A stretch of 64,000 bases of DNA from Macrostomum lignano. Its lineage: Eukaryota. Location: NCBI GenBank assembly GCA_002269645.1, contig NIVC01002920.1, forward strand, positions 19,062 to 83,061, written 5' to 3'. Numbering within the stretch: position 1 is the first letter of the stretch; each line of letters starts with the position of its first letter. Shown piece by piece: positions 38,275 through 54,128 of this stretch. The translations under genes were made by a program, and so were the position numbers. The notes below the pieces were generated by a model. The model saw nothing but the letters and a program-made list of their open reading frames with translations, was not told where the DNA came from and searched no databases.

Positions 38275-41200
38275 GGACGAATAGCCAAGGGAGCTCACAG
38301 TTTCCAATAATAATTGGTGCAATTGCACTTTTTAGCTGTGCGACGATTACACTGTTAAGAAAAAAAATTTTGAGCTGACTTGTTTTATACCTTACTGTTT
38401 TCGTAATCAAAAATGACGTGCGAAATGTTTCGTTACATATGAAAACCAGGCCAACCTTTAGTCTGTCAGCCATGCAACTCAGTTTTCTAAAGACTGCTTG
38501 AAGTCATATAAGAAAGGACGCTAAACAAAGTACATTTTATGAAACCAACCAAAGTATTTTGATGCGAGCTATTAAAACCCCTTGATAATCTTTATTTTAG
38601 GACATTTTTCGAATCGCAGATAAGCTCTATCACTCTTCAATCCAGAAAAATTCTATAATTAGGACTTTGATTTTTTATTTGTTTCAGAAAAGTAAATAAG
38701 AAAATTCTCAGTTTATAAAAAATGCAGCAGTAAGCATAATGCAAAATTAGCTATGACAAAATGCCTATTCTTGTCTACACTAAATTTGACGCAGTGTAGC
38801 AAACTTTTGAAAATTTTTGCCTTTAGCAACTATTTTTTCAATAGATCCGCGTTAGTAGTATGTTTTGCTTTAAACTGCTTTTTTATCTAAGTTCAGTTGA
38901 TGAGGACGCACTTTTTTCCAAATTTCACGCTCGCACATGGGTTCAAAACTTGCTAGCCTACTAACAGCATGCTATGGGCGTTTTTTTTCTTTTTCTTTTG
39001 TATTTTTTCTAGAATTCATCCTAGTAGGACTTCTGTAGCTATATTAATTTGCCATACTTGTAGTTATGATAACATAGGCGCGGTTTTTTGCTGCTTTTGG
39101 GTCATAAATCATTGCTTTTGAGCTGGTCTGACAGCCACCTGCGCCTCACTCAGTGCTGGGGCTGGCGCCAGATGATCTGAGAGGATGCGAATGGTAGCTT
39201 TTTTCTCATCATTTTGACAGTCCATCAAGATTTATGAGGTTAGGGCCTATTTTTCGTGTTCACTCAAGCGTGTGACAGCTATGCGTTTTACCCATAAAAG
39301 TACGTTGGGATTAGCGATTAGCGATTTATCTTCATTATCTTCACTTTCTACTTAATAAGAGCTTTCTAATGTATATTTTTTCATTAGTTTTTTTTCGATT
39401 CTACGCGGAAAGTCATAAATCATTTTGTTGCGATTTTTATTGATTTATGGCCGCATCTGTCATATATTTACGACCCCGAGGGAACTGATAGGATCTCTTG
39501 GTCACGTGACTTTGGGTGGCAACAAGCTCAGCCGATCAGAAAATTCGACGTGCGTTGTAACAAATCGGCTCAGCCAATCAGAATGGAGGTGTTCCATTAT
39601 AACTAATTGCGGTCCAGTTGGCGGCTTTGGCCGGCGTTTTTGGCCGGCGCGGACCTCAACTGGCTCGGAACTTCCTGCTACTTGCTCGGGCCCAGTACAC
39701 GACCGTCGTTTCTTGATCCCCGGATTGCGACTTCCCCCATCATCATCAAGGACGAGTCCCCCTGGTCGTCAGCAGTAAACATCAAAGTTAAGAGCATCAC
39801 CTGCTAGCTATCAGCGAGGATTGGGACATCAGCATCATCCCGGGTCTACAGCTGCGAAGCACTAAGCCGATTCGGTCGCTGTGGATTACCTGGTCTCCGC
39901 CTGTTGAGTTTCTGATTGGTTGGGTGAGAGGCTACCTAGACTTGCTTGATTTGGTGATTCCTTATCTGTCCCCTATTTCAGTAGCTGGATTAGGCGCACA
40001 CTTTTGCTCATTTTATTTAGTAGTGCTGTTACTGAGGCAGAAATCATTCAATAATACTGATAGTAGTCTGAGACTCCAATTCAATCTGAAGTGTGAGAAG
40101 ATCTAAGGAGAAGGAAGGAGAAGGAGAATCCGACAGTTATTTTTATCGGTTTTATTTCTTTGTTCGCCGATGGCTCAGATGAGTAGCTAAGCTAGTAGGC
40201 GCCGGTCACAGTGGACCAATGGCAAGGCAGTTCTCAATCGATCAATCTATCAAATCAGTGAGCAAAACTGCCAGAAGTGCAGAATCGGCGCCAGAGATGT
40301 ACTTTGTGCACTCTAGGTTCGCCAAGCGGCTCGGGTAATGAATCATGCGGTCCCTGAAGTTGGAGTTGGCCTATCATCAGGGCTATGAGAGGCTGGTTGG
40401 CGCGTTGAAGGCCAAAAGTACAATTCTTTGTATTTAGCAATGTAATAGTACATGTAGCTACCCCATAGTCTCGCCATTGCAAGAATCCCCTGCACAAGTC
40501 CCCTCTGTACCTGCATGGCCAATGCGATCTAGTCCCAGCAGTGTCCCTTAACATCGGCTATGACTTCGAGATTGACAGCAAAAAGACACTAGTTGGCAGG
40601 TAAGTGCAAAGCCCCCTCTAATCGGAAGCCCGATTTCGAGAGTCCCGGTGTGGTGAGCCAGGACGCACGGGCTGGTGGCAGCGAGTTAGCTTAGTCTGCG
40701 GATTAGCTAATTTCTACCTTCAAAATTCTCACTGCTTGTCTCTCGCTGTCCCTCTCTTAGCTATAGGACCTAGACTGCTCGCCACACGATCAAGCTACCA
40801 TGGGGCTGACCATCTGACAGGAGTGGGGGGCCAGGACTCTAATTTATTTATTTCTGAGACCTAAGGCCCGAAGGCTTCCCCACAAGGGAGCTGAAAGGCC
40901 GAAACCCATCACAGCTAAAAATGTCCAAAAACGATTTTATCGAAATGATTAAACCTAATTTTCGGTTAAAACCTAATTGTTCAAGTGAAACAGTGCTGTG
41001 CACGAGTTCATGGGCATGAAACTTTAACTTAACTTCTGCTAGTGTAATAATCTAGGGATTTCAGATATGGACTTATCAGGGACTTAGAATAATACGAGAA
41101 TAAGGGTTTATGTTAAAACGTATCTAGACAAAAAATTCATTGAACTCATAACTCGCTATTGTCATTAACTTTTCTTAGCTCAAGTGTCCCTTTTCGGGGT

Positions 41201-41369
41201 ATCAATGAATGAAATTTCGTCTCAAATTTTCGTAGTCTATGGTAAAACAAGTTCCAACCAAGTATGCTTTTATATTTTAAAAGAAATTATACTTTTATAG
41301 GATTATTATGATTTAGTTTTCTTCTACGCTTTCGTACTTTTATAATTTCGTAACAGTAACGCAACAATT

Positions 41370-41813
41370 TTCGGCTTGTTATTTTAGTTCATTCAATCAG
41401 ACGACGTTTTACTTTTTCCAAGCTACTGATTACCTTGTATTTTTGGACCATGGACACCAGCATCCGATTGGCAGCGGTAAACACGGGATCTCCGATAATG
41501 TTTACCTCCTCACAGCGTCCGCCATCTGTCTTTCAGAGGACTTCGGGATTCCTTCTCGTTCAATTTCTTTAAGTTCCTCGAGCGCATCTTCGCTTAGGTC
41601 CTGAATCTCTTCAGCGTCTAGTTGTCGAGCGAACTCGCCACTCAATTCTTCCACATAGCGGGTTGCTGACTCTGACGACACCCAATGCAACTCCTCTGTT
41701 GACAGACCACTGATAAGTTGGTCGGGCAGATTCGCATAGTTCAACATTCTTAGTCAGTAGTTGATTCGACAGACAGAACTTTCTAGAATCGTTGCTTCAA
41801 AACGCGGCTCCAT
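41370..41813 (-). mobile_element. Internally deleted remnant of a probable Crypton-like (tyrosine-recombinase) transposon ORF
   Basis: EELKEIEREGIPKSSERQMADAVRR followed, in another frame, by NIIGDPVFTAANRMLVSMVQKYK. Both resemble motifs recalled from Crypton/DUF3504-associated proteins; recognised by eye only. Confidence 0.5.
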
Positions 41814-42414
41814 AGCCCCGTCCTCTCGATTAATCCGAGTGGTTAGTCTATGGCACAAAGATTTGCCTATCCACCGAAAAAAAGCCTTCGACCATAGACT
41901 TTCTCAACTTTCTGCCTATCTCTAACATAGTGCCCGCAAATTTCCACATTGTTACCCGCAAATTTCTTGCATTGATTAAGTTAGTGACAATCTTATTGAC
42001 ATAGAATTTTGCTAGTTGTCAATGCGGAATTATATGTTAATGTTATATTGTTGCGACGCATGCATCATTCGGGGCTCAAGAATGATCATACAAGAAAAAG
42101 ATATTATATGTTTTATGCTTTTAAAAAGCTCATTAAAACAAATTTTAAAAAGCATCTTGTTCATGCTTTATAGAAGTTATAAATTCCTACTATATTATCA
42201 GGTTGAAATGTTGCATAATCATCATATTGGCATTTAATTTAATCGAACTATATTTTAAGCACGGCCGTGCTGATGCAAATTTCACACTGCAGGTAAAAAT
42301 AGTTAAATAATTTCTTTCAAGTATTCCCTGGCTGCATTCGAAATGGCAGTTGTCATATATATCGAAGTTTCATTAGTTCGCATTGCTTTTGTCTTGTCTC
42401 TCTAGCCTCCATAG

Positions 42415-45265
42415 TCAGGGTACAAAGCGACGCAGAATCTGCCTGAACGGCTCCTCAGGATGGCCTCTACCAGCGGCCGAGAACCTTCCAGTCAGTCGAA
42501 GGACGCCGCTAGGCGTGAGTATCGTCGAGTCGCCGTGCACCGCCTCTAGAAACGGTCGCTCCATCTCGTGTCCCAACTCTGTCGCTTTTAGATCGAATTC
42601 CTGACCGGATTTTACCGGCGGAGACACCTTCGGCGTCTTAGTCAACGAATTCAAGTTGTGAAGTCCTCGACGATTCAGTCTGTTGAAGGCGACACTGGCC
42701 ACTTTTAAGTCGCCAGTGTCCAGAGCTTCGCGCAACTCGACAGCATCGGCAGCCGCGGAAGTTGATAGGGCAGCTCCGCGCGAGGAATCCGCCATCTCGG
42801 CGGCCATAGCGGAGAGCGCATCAAATCGCTGCCGCTGATGCTCCAGGGCATCGCGACAGTCGGCAAAGAGGCGACTCCACTGCTGCAGAGCCGACTGGCG
42901 CTGCTTGGCTGACTGGTTTGCCGACTCTGCCGCTCTAATTAAAGTGCTGGACTCCTCCTGAAAGAAAATTTGACAAGTTGACATGTAGAACATGAACACT
43001 AATTGCAGCAATATCCGTTGTAAACCGTTGCTTTGTTAAAATTTGAGCGAAAAATGTTAGTTTTAGTTTTGGAACTTTAGTTTTATGTAATAATAATTAA
43101 TTACCTCGTGCACCTGCCCAAATAGGCAGATGTGCAACCGACAGCTCAGCCGCAGCTATTGCGCGGCGCATCTGAAGGCTGCGTACGGCTGTTCAGTCCA
43201 AGGACTGGGGGGGGGGGGGGGTCGCCACACGCACCCTCAATTACCCCAGCTAATGCTGGCACCCATTTTACAGCTGGGTGAACTGAAGCAATGCAGAGTT
43301 AAGTGCCTTGCTCAACGACACAAATTGTTCCGAGTGGGTTGAGAATCGAATCGAGGATCGACCTTTCAGTCGTGAGTTTCGACGCTGTAACCATTAGGCT
43401 ACAACCCCTTTGTTGCAGTTTATTAATATTTGTTGTTACTTTGGTAAAACAATAGGAATCGGAAATCCTATTATAGTTTAGAATTTATAGCTTTGCATAC
43501 GAGTATAAGTAGCAAACTACGAGCATAAGGTATAAATACGGTATTCCACCCAAATAATTTTTATTGTCAAAGCTGTCAATCAGTTATAATTGTGTTCCCC
43601 GTGTAAAGTCAACAGATCATCAAGTACTCCTAAAAAGATATGTAAAGTCAGCTTAATGAAAGCCAATCTTAGATTCATGAAAGGTCTAGAAATGGAGGAT
43701 CAAGGCTGAAAGCATTGCAGCAAACCTGGGAGAAATCCGAATGACCATATTTTTTAAGGATTCAAAATGGTCTAGCGCTTATTAAGGTATTCAATCGCTG
43801 TTTATTAAAAAAGTGTTTGTTATGCTACTGATTGAGGGAAATACCAATGAAAGAAAACATACGGCTATTGATACGGATCGAACTGCTACAAACCGATGAC
43901 TACTTCTACCGATTGATCTGTTACAAACCAATGACTACTTCTACCGATTGATCTGTTACAAACCAATGACTACTTCTACCGATTGATCTGCTACAAACCA
44001 ATGACTACTTCTAGCGATTGATCTGCTACAAACCGATGACTAATTCTACCGATTGATCTGCTACAAACCAATGACTACTTCTAGCGATTGATCTGCTACA
44101 AACCGATGACTAATTCTACCGATTGATCTGCTACAAACCGATGCCTACGTCTACCGATTGATCTGCTACAAACCAATGACTACTTCTAGCGATTGATCTG
44201 CTACAAACCGATGACTAATTCTACCGATTGATCTGCTACAAAACAATGACTACTTCTACCGATTGATCTGCTACAAACCGATGACTACTTCTACCGATTG
44301 ATCTGCTACAAACCGATGACTACTTCTACCGATTGATCTGCTACAAAACAATGACTACTTCTACCGATTGATCTGCTACAAACCGATGACTACTTCTACC
44401 GATTGATCTGCTACAAACCGATGACTACTTCTACCGATTGATCTGCTACAAAACAATGACTACTTCTACCGATTGATCTGCTACAAATCAATGACTACTT
44501 TTATCGATTGATCTGCTACAAACCGATGCCTACATCTACCGATCGAGGACTACTAAATTTAAACAACTATAAAAGATTGAACGACCGTACAGCAATCATG
44601 CGCTTTCGTTAAACTAACTCTGAACGTTTTAACTTACGAAGTTACGATTATAACCCACCTTAAATCGCATCTGATCGTTAGCGTAATGCATCTCGCACAG
44701 GTTCCGATCGCAGTGCTCGCACCTGGCAAATACCTGCTGCAGACAGGCACAGTTACCGGCACCCTCTCGAGCGTCGCATTTCGCGTGATGAAGCCACTGC
44801 TCCCGCCGACGCCAGCTGTCTACCACGCCGCGGACGTGAGGATTCTCCAGCGGACGATCGACCAGACGCTCGCGACAAATCGGACAGCGGGCCACCTCGC
44901 CAGACGAGTGACATTTGGTTGCGATAGCCTGGTGACAGCCGCGGCACAGAGTGTGATGACGGCTGCACACGAAGCACGGATCAACGAAGGTGCTCAAGCA
45001 CACTGGGCATTTCAGCTCCTCTTCGAGATCTTTGACTGCCGGAATCGAAACGTATTTTTGCATTTAAATAGACAGTTTCAAAACTTGGGCACTTTGCTCA
45101 GGTTTGTTGCGTTTTAAGATTGATTCAATTTGATTATAGTCGACCGTAATACCGAAAGACTTAATTGTTACAATGTCATAGGTTTGAATTTTTACAACAA
45201 ACAACTTTACAATGCAGAAACAACAACTGAGATAACTTACAGGTTCCACTTTCTGCAGACATCAT
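42415..45265 (-). CDS. TRIM-like gene G: RING + B-box + helical region (about 314 aa)
   Basis: complement(join(42415..42957,44659..45035,45241..45265)) = 945 nt in frame; the 1.7 kb intron holds a SINE and a 35-bp minisatellite. Confidence 0.8.
43090..43405 (-). mobile_element. tRNA-derived CORE-like SINE, copy 3 (intronic in gene G)
   Basis: Minus-strand A box tagcctaatgg, B-box-like gattcgattc, core cccattttacagctgggtgaactgaagcaatgcagagttaagtgccttgctcaa. Confidence 0.8.
43880..44545. repeat. 35-bp minisatellite (CTGCTACAAACCGATGACTACTTCTACCGATTGAT)n
   Basis: About 19 head-to-tail units inside intron 2 of gene G. Confidence 0.96.
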
Positions 45266-46360
45266 CGCAGGCCTAGTCATAGTCCTTCTTTTTAGTCAAG
45301 GTACTTCAGATTGAAACAATTGCAAGGTTGAGTCAGTTGCAGAAAAAAAGTGTCACCTCAACAAAGATGAATGCTCTTCACATGGCCTGAATGCTTTAAG
45401 AGGAGGAGGCCTCTTGTGTTCTCTGAGCAGACAGAAGTTTAGTTCTCACTCTGGTCTGTACACTGGGAATATAGTACATTCACTTACGAGTACAGCTGGG
45501 TTAGGGTGGACTAGAAAGAGATTGCAGCTCAGTGAGTATATATGGAGTACAGCAAAGGTTTGAGAAGCTAAACCGCAGACACCTCAGACTGTACGCGGGC
45601 ACGGAAATTGAAATGTTTATTGTTTGAGACCGTTGGACTGTACGTACTTGGAATGCCTTATCAAACTATGAAAGATTACTGAAGTAATTCAGGAAAAAGC
45701 GCTGAGTGCAATTCCAGGCACTGAGAGATAATATGAATTCAAGATCAATTTTAAGCCTTTTTGTTAATGACAGACGTTTCGTATCCTCTCAGTTGCTATA
45801 AATATGCAGTACTCCGAAGTACGAATTAAAACTATGTTCTGGAAATGCCAACAACTGCACTACCGCCAACTTCATTCTTTTTTTGTGTCTTTAATCAAAC
45901 TTTACCATTTTTAAAGTCATCAAAATAGATAGTAATATTATATTCTGATGCCACACCTTCTGAGGACATTGACTCACAACCGATGATGAGGCCATTCTGC
46001 CCATTTCGCTGACACCTAAGCACATAGTACGCGCACCAATATAGTACGCAGGCACGCACTCACACAGGGTGTACAGCTGCCCTGAAATCCTAATCCTCAG
46101 ATATGTACACTCGATCTCTGTTCCTTCGAGGTTGGAATAGCACGACAATCAAATCAAATGTTTTCGTGCACAAGCCCAAAATGAATGTGGCAATGCGCGG
46201 AATCAAACAAGTTGTCGAGGTGCATTATAGCGCATAATATCGGTGCATATAAGTACATACATGAAGTAACATATTGACTTTTAACTTAATCGCTTTATTT
46301 TGTAGTTTAAAGAAACATTTAAAAAATTCTGACAGAACAAAGCGATGATACCCAGCTATA

Positions 46361-47732
46361 TAACGGGTGTCCCAAAAAAAGGTAACACTTTGTGCGCTCA
46401 CTGTGAGTGAGCAGATAGGCCTATAGCACAGTAATTTAACAGGTCCACAGTAAATATTTGTAAGTTTTTCCCACAAACATTTGGTTGCGAACAATTGCTC
46501 CAGAGGCGAGTTATTGAGCACAGAAGTGTACGCTAGCTTTTCTGCCAAGCTTTGCCATACACAGCTGCCATAGACAATCTTTTGCTTTAAAAAATCTTAA
46601 GGAGCATAGACTCTGAGACGGTGTGCGGTCAAATACCAGTTTATTTGAAAAATCGTTATTGATTTTTTGAGCTTGTAAGTGTACGCTAGCTTCTCTGCTA
46701 AGCTTTGCCATAGACGGAGGCCATAGACAATCTTTTGCGTAAGAAAAATGACAGAGCCAAGGACGACTTAAGTAGAAGGACGGGAAACCTCGTTTCTTAG
46801 AAAATTTTTGAAGGCACTTTTTCCCGAAAAAATACACTGCGGAGATAGGAAATTTTCATTTTTTCAGCACAAAAATTGCTATAACTTTTGATAGGAGGCA
46901 GATCCAGTGTTGATCTTTTGATATGTTGTGCCTTTTTTATTGCTCTATCGATATTTATAAAGCTTTCCGTTCAGAAAATTAGGATTCTATGTTAATTTTT
47001 TATTCTACGTATATTTCCTGTATCTAAAAATCACAAAAATGCATGACACAGCTCTAATATTTGGTTTTATGAATCTATTTTATCATCTATGTTACGACTA
47101 TTTGCTATACAGTCAGGTAAGAAGGATAAAATAGACTCATAAAATCAAAGAGCCAAGCCGTGGCATTCTAATGTATTTCAAGCACAAGACACATGAAAAT
47201 ATACGTAGAATAAAAAATTAACATAGAATCCTAATTTTCTGAACGGAAAGCTTTATAAATATCGATAGAGCAATAAAAAAGGCACAACATATCAAAAGAT
47301 CAACACTGGATCTGCCTCCTATCAAAAGTTATAGCAATTTTTGTGCTGAAAAAATGAAAATTTCCTATCTCCGCAGTGTATTTTTTCGGGAAAAAGTGCC
47401 TTCAAAAATTTTCTAAGAAACGAGGTTTCCCGTCCTTCTACTTAAGTCGTCCTTGGACAGAGCATGCCTAGACTCTGAGACTGATCTAACGTTAAAATTT
47501 TTAAAGCAAAAGATTGTCTATGGCAGCTGTGTATGGCAAAGCTTGGCAGAAAAGCTAGCGTACACTTCTGTGCTCAATAACTCGCCTCTGGAGCAATTTT
47601 TCGCAACCAAATGTTTGTGGGAAAAACTTACAAATGTTTACTGTAGACCTGTTAAATTACTGTGCTATAGGCCTAACTGCTCACTCACAGTGAGCGCACA
47701 AAGTGTTACCTTTTTTTGGGACACCCGGTTAT
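46361..47732. mobile_element. Foldback / long-TIR non-autonomous DNA transposon (Tc1/mariner-like termini)
   Basis: Outer arms about 46361-46598 and 47485-47732; near-perfect inner arms about 46757-47014 and 47198-47455; further arms about 47065-47085 and 47126-47146. Ends read TA-acgggtgtccc ... gggacacccggt-TA. Confidence 0.85.
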
Positions 47733-47857
47733 ATTCATGCTGTGTACACAAGAACTTAGACAGATAGGCAAATTCAAGAAAAAAGAACAAAGTTGAAAAA
47801 CTCAACACAGCGTCAGAAAATAGTTCTTCGTTCATCAATCTGAATCATTTAATTCGT

Positions 47858-50008
<2,151 letters not shown>

Positions 50009-50884
50009 TTTTCAGTAAGAATTCTAATTGCAAAATTCATACAATGCGAAGAATCCGAGAAATAAAACTTAGAGGTAGAGCTTGCATGGTTCCTAGTTCT
50101 AAAGCGCGTTTAATGTAAAAAATCAGATTGTAAGTGCAATGTCTATTTATAGAGTAGCCAGTGCGTACGCTTCTAGTGTACAAAAGAACAGAATTCCAAC
50201 GTACTTCTCGGCGTACAGTACGTACTCGTACAATGGGTATAGGTACAGCGTACGTTAGTCAGTGCATACTATTTCTCTTGTTCTTTCCCACGCAGCAATT
50301 TCAAATAAATATCCGTAAAACCAACTGCTGTCTTTCGCTTGGACACAACAACCTTTATAATTATAACCTACCATTCGATCTACAAAATGAACGATTTTGG
50401 TTCAGGTAAGGTTGAAAGCAAGTTAATCCCCAAATTTAAGTAAAACAGGCCTGCTTTGAAGCTTTTTAAAATTTTTTATGGAATTTCGATTCAAATTGAA
50501 ACAATACGCACGCCCGTTCTTGCATAGTTCTAATTAGGAGAGTAGCGGATCTGGAATTAGTTTGAGGGTTCATCAACGCAAATTGGCCTGTCCAAAGCTG
50601 TCTTGCGATTCCCATGGCTTATGACGGCCAACCAAGTCTCAAGGCACAGGGTAAAGTTCAGGGATGCCCGACGATGGGAATAGCGGCGTTTTTGCGTCAT
50701 TTATGTGTTTAGGGTTTTTTCCATTGGATCAAGCAAGATTAGCAGTTTAAATATTGAGGGGTTCATTGACACTATAGCAAAATGACAAAATAAAAAAGTG
50801 CATTTTGGTAATTTTTGTAGACTGTACTTGGTTTTGGTTGATTTTTTATACATGAGCCCAAAACCCAAAGCCTGGCCCTCTGCA

Positions 50885-52931
50885 ATGAGCAAATCATCTC
50901 AAGGTTTCAATGTTGTTCCTATATTTTATACTTCTGATTTGCAGAGGTTGCTGAGGAGCTGCTATGCCCCGTGTGCTTGGATCCCTACAACGACCCCGTA
51001 TATGTGTGCATCCATCACCATAGCCTGTGCCGCGAATGCTACCAAATGATTGTTTCGACAGCTGGCAGTGACATCCCGCAGTGTCCGCAGTGCCGAGAGA
51101 AATTGACCAGACCCGTTGATAATACTCAACTGCGCCGTCTGGTGGAGGCTCACCAACAGCAATCTCAGCAGGCGGTCCAATGCCAGGACTCTTCCTCTGG
51201 CGGCATCTGTGCTCGGCGTAGTGCTGAGCGATGCGGGCACTGCGAGCAGAGCTTCTGCGCGCAGCACTTCATCGCTCATAAAGAGCAGTTTCAAGTGCGT
51301 ATGAAATTCACTGTTTCTTTATTGTTTTTTAAGGTTCTCGCTCTGAAGATTAATTTTTAGGTTCTTAAATGCGATCACTGATTTCAGACCGATTGCGTTG
51401 AGCTTTTGTCGGCTGCAGATGAAGCAGCTCAGCAGTCAGAGATTCGACAAAGAGTGCTAACCGAATGGGAAGTCTTTATTCAAAGCTGTGTAGCGCATCT
51501 GATTGAGAATTCGAGACTGCAGCGATTAATTCCCGAATCCTGGCTCGACGATGCATCCCGGAGGCACGCCGAAGATTTACGAAGCACCCTCAACGCCGGT
51601 GACCTGCGGGCAGCCAGAGTTGCCTATGATGAACTCAGGATGGCCAAAGCGAGATTCGACCAGCAAGGACCGCCTCGCGAGATCGTTGGAGAGCTCAGCC
51701 GAGATGCGTTGTTCTCTCTGTTTCAAGAGAAGCTTTCAGCCCTGCTGAACGAAGCTGAACAGGTGTACCTTGACGGCATCTACGGCTTGGTCGAACGCGT
51801 TTGCCACATTGGAATTTCCACAGTCAAGCTGAAGATTGGGAAAGAGATACAGAAAATTCCGGAGCTCAAATGCCGGCTTAGTTTCGTCCTGCCCGGTCGA
51901 GGCAGTCACTTCACTCCCTATGTTGACCTCAAAGCCATTCGTGCCGAGCAATTTGAAAGGGACATTCTGATTCGTTTCGATTTCCAGCAGCAGTTCGACT
52001 ACAGCACCATCAGTATGTCGAACGGTCTGGCCATTTTGGCGCAGTTTCTGCAGAGAGGACCGATTGAACTGCCGTTCTGTCTTCAGATGAAGTTTAAGGA
52101 GAGGCTGGCCTCCGGGGTGGCTGAAAATACCTACTGCAGCAGAATGTATCAACTCGCAGCTTTGCTGCCACTGGCGGAGGCGATCAGTCGTGGGGAGAGC
52201 ATCGAAAACGTGGAGTGTCCTTGTGAGCTTCTGAATAATGTACACTTTAAATTACCTTTGTCTACTGAGTCATGACCCTGTTAATTAAACTACAAAAGCT
52301 TTTAGTGTAAAATGCACCAAAAACTCGCGAAACTAACTTTTCTGGTTTCTTAGAAAATATTTGGATTCTGGGCTTGCGCAAAAAATGCAATGCTGTCATG
52401 CTGAAATAGGAAATAGCTTCTCTTCAACACAAATGATAATAATATTAGTTTTTGTAGAAGCAGATTGATAGTAAACTTTTCTGCTGGTTAGATCAGAGGT
52501 ATTTGGAAAGAGTACTTAATTGTTCAAAATCAATAGTTTTTTGCTTTATGAACTAATTAGATAGAAATTGACTTTTACAACTGTAATGCGCATACAAAAT
52601 CAAGGATTTACAGAAGTTGCCCTGTCTGTCTAATGAGTGTCTGACTGGTGGAAATTAACGTTGAAAACGTGAGCTCCTAGCTCGACCGTAAAGACCAGCT
52701 GACGCAGTGCAATTAGCCAGTCGTCGTTGAGCCAGCTCCGGCTTCTTCTGAGATTGAATCTCCAAGAACCAGCCTTAATTGGTCTTTCCCGCAGTGCTGG
52801 ATGAAAATGAGGCACCTCGCGGATGTGTCACGGTGTCCACCAACCTGCCGTGTCTGCTGAACCAAGTCTACCGGGAGCTGCCGGCTGAGGAGCAAAGCGA
52901 AGTTGAATTGAGGCTTCGAGGAGAAGAGTAA
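50885..52931 (+). CDS. TRIM-like gene I: RING + B-box + helical region + C-terminal RID/RPGRIP1_C-like C2 domain (about 446 aa)
   Basis: join(50885..50903,50945..51294,51388..52222,52795..52931) = 1341 nt in frame. The last exon, missing from the ORF track, reads LDENEAPRGCVTVSTNLPCLLNQVYREL and matches the RID small exon GSIKISTDLPSLLLEIGREL. The first exon is less certain (41-bp intron). Confidence 0.82.
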
Positions 52932-54128
52932 TTTCGTTTGTCCGAAGTCAAAATATGGTAAAATTGAAAGGTTGATTAGTTCGCTAACGATGAAAACTGG
53001 AAACTATGGCGTTGTCTGAACAGATTTTAAAAAACTTTTTTGAACAGTAATTGTTTCTTCAAATATTACTCCAGTGGCTGTCTACATGTATATTTAAACA
53101 ACTTCATACAATACTATCGCCGTAGTATTTCTGTTCTGACCTCAGTTGGTGCCTCAAAAGGCGTGACTACGCACTTCTTTCAAGCTCAGGAAGCAGGAAA
53201 ATATTGGATTGCTATTAACTTTTCGCAAAAAACTTTTTGTCAATTTTTATAGAAAATATTGGAAGAGATTATTTAGCTAGCCAGGAGTTTTACACATGAT
53301 TCTTTTTGTCAAGAGTACGAGCGAATTATTCACTGTGCTCGTATTGTGTTTTAGATATTCTATTTATTCTAGAAAGTTTTTTAGGGTGGTTTGTAGCTCG
53401 TAGGTTTGAACGCACTCATCTTGACGTCGTCCGTTTTTACATTTCATCATCAGCATCTTTCAGAGTCGTGTGGTGAGGAAAACACACGCTTAGTTGCCTA
53501 TTTAAGGCATAAAATGATTTCTTTTCGAGTCATTGTATAATTATAACTTTAAACCAACTGGTTAATTAAGCGTCTTTTTCAATTGTTTGTCTCCAATTGT
53601 CGCCGTATTCACGCTCGTATTTAACTAAATGGAACGTATTACGAGCTAAAAAGCATATATATTTTGAATTATCGAAGTGCGTATTTTTTTAGCCTCAAAA
53701 CTTATTAATCATGTGAAGAACAGTTTAGTTTCATAAAACGCTTTTTGGGGTACACGCGATAGTAGAATTATTATACTGTGTAACCTTACAATCAATGATA
53801 TATACACGCTCAAAAAATCGCTTATTTTTAAGCAAAACAAAGAGTTCTTATTAAAAATTATCCATAAAACTTTGTTTAAGTTACTTACGGGGATAAGGCA
53901 CGTATAGGCACTTTATCAGATACCTCGTGCAGAATCAAACAGCTTAAAAGTTAAAGGCTGCATTATTCGACTCGAACTCACATGCAAACTAATCACAGAC
54001 AAATAAAACAAGAGATATAAAGTGAAAATCGATATGAATCCAGTATAATATGGAATTAAAAGTCAGGTGGTGAGTCACCTTTTGAGAGATGAAAGCATAA
54101 AATTAAGTCTTTCAGACTCAAAAAAATA

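Noticed and set aside
39425-40900. GC-richer block with short ORFs and CCAAT motifs, possibly an LTR or other repeat
   Set aside because: No second copy, TSD, primer-binding site or recognisable protein motif in this window; left unannotated.
40845-40920. Hammerhead-ribozyme-like string (ctga...gaaa)
   Set aside because: The CUGANGA core and three-stem geometry could not be satisfied on either strand.
28021-44545. 35-bp and 36-bp repeat arrays as possible CRISPR arrays
   Set aside because: Units are head-to-tail without unique spacers, there are no cas genes, and the DNA is eukaryotic.
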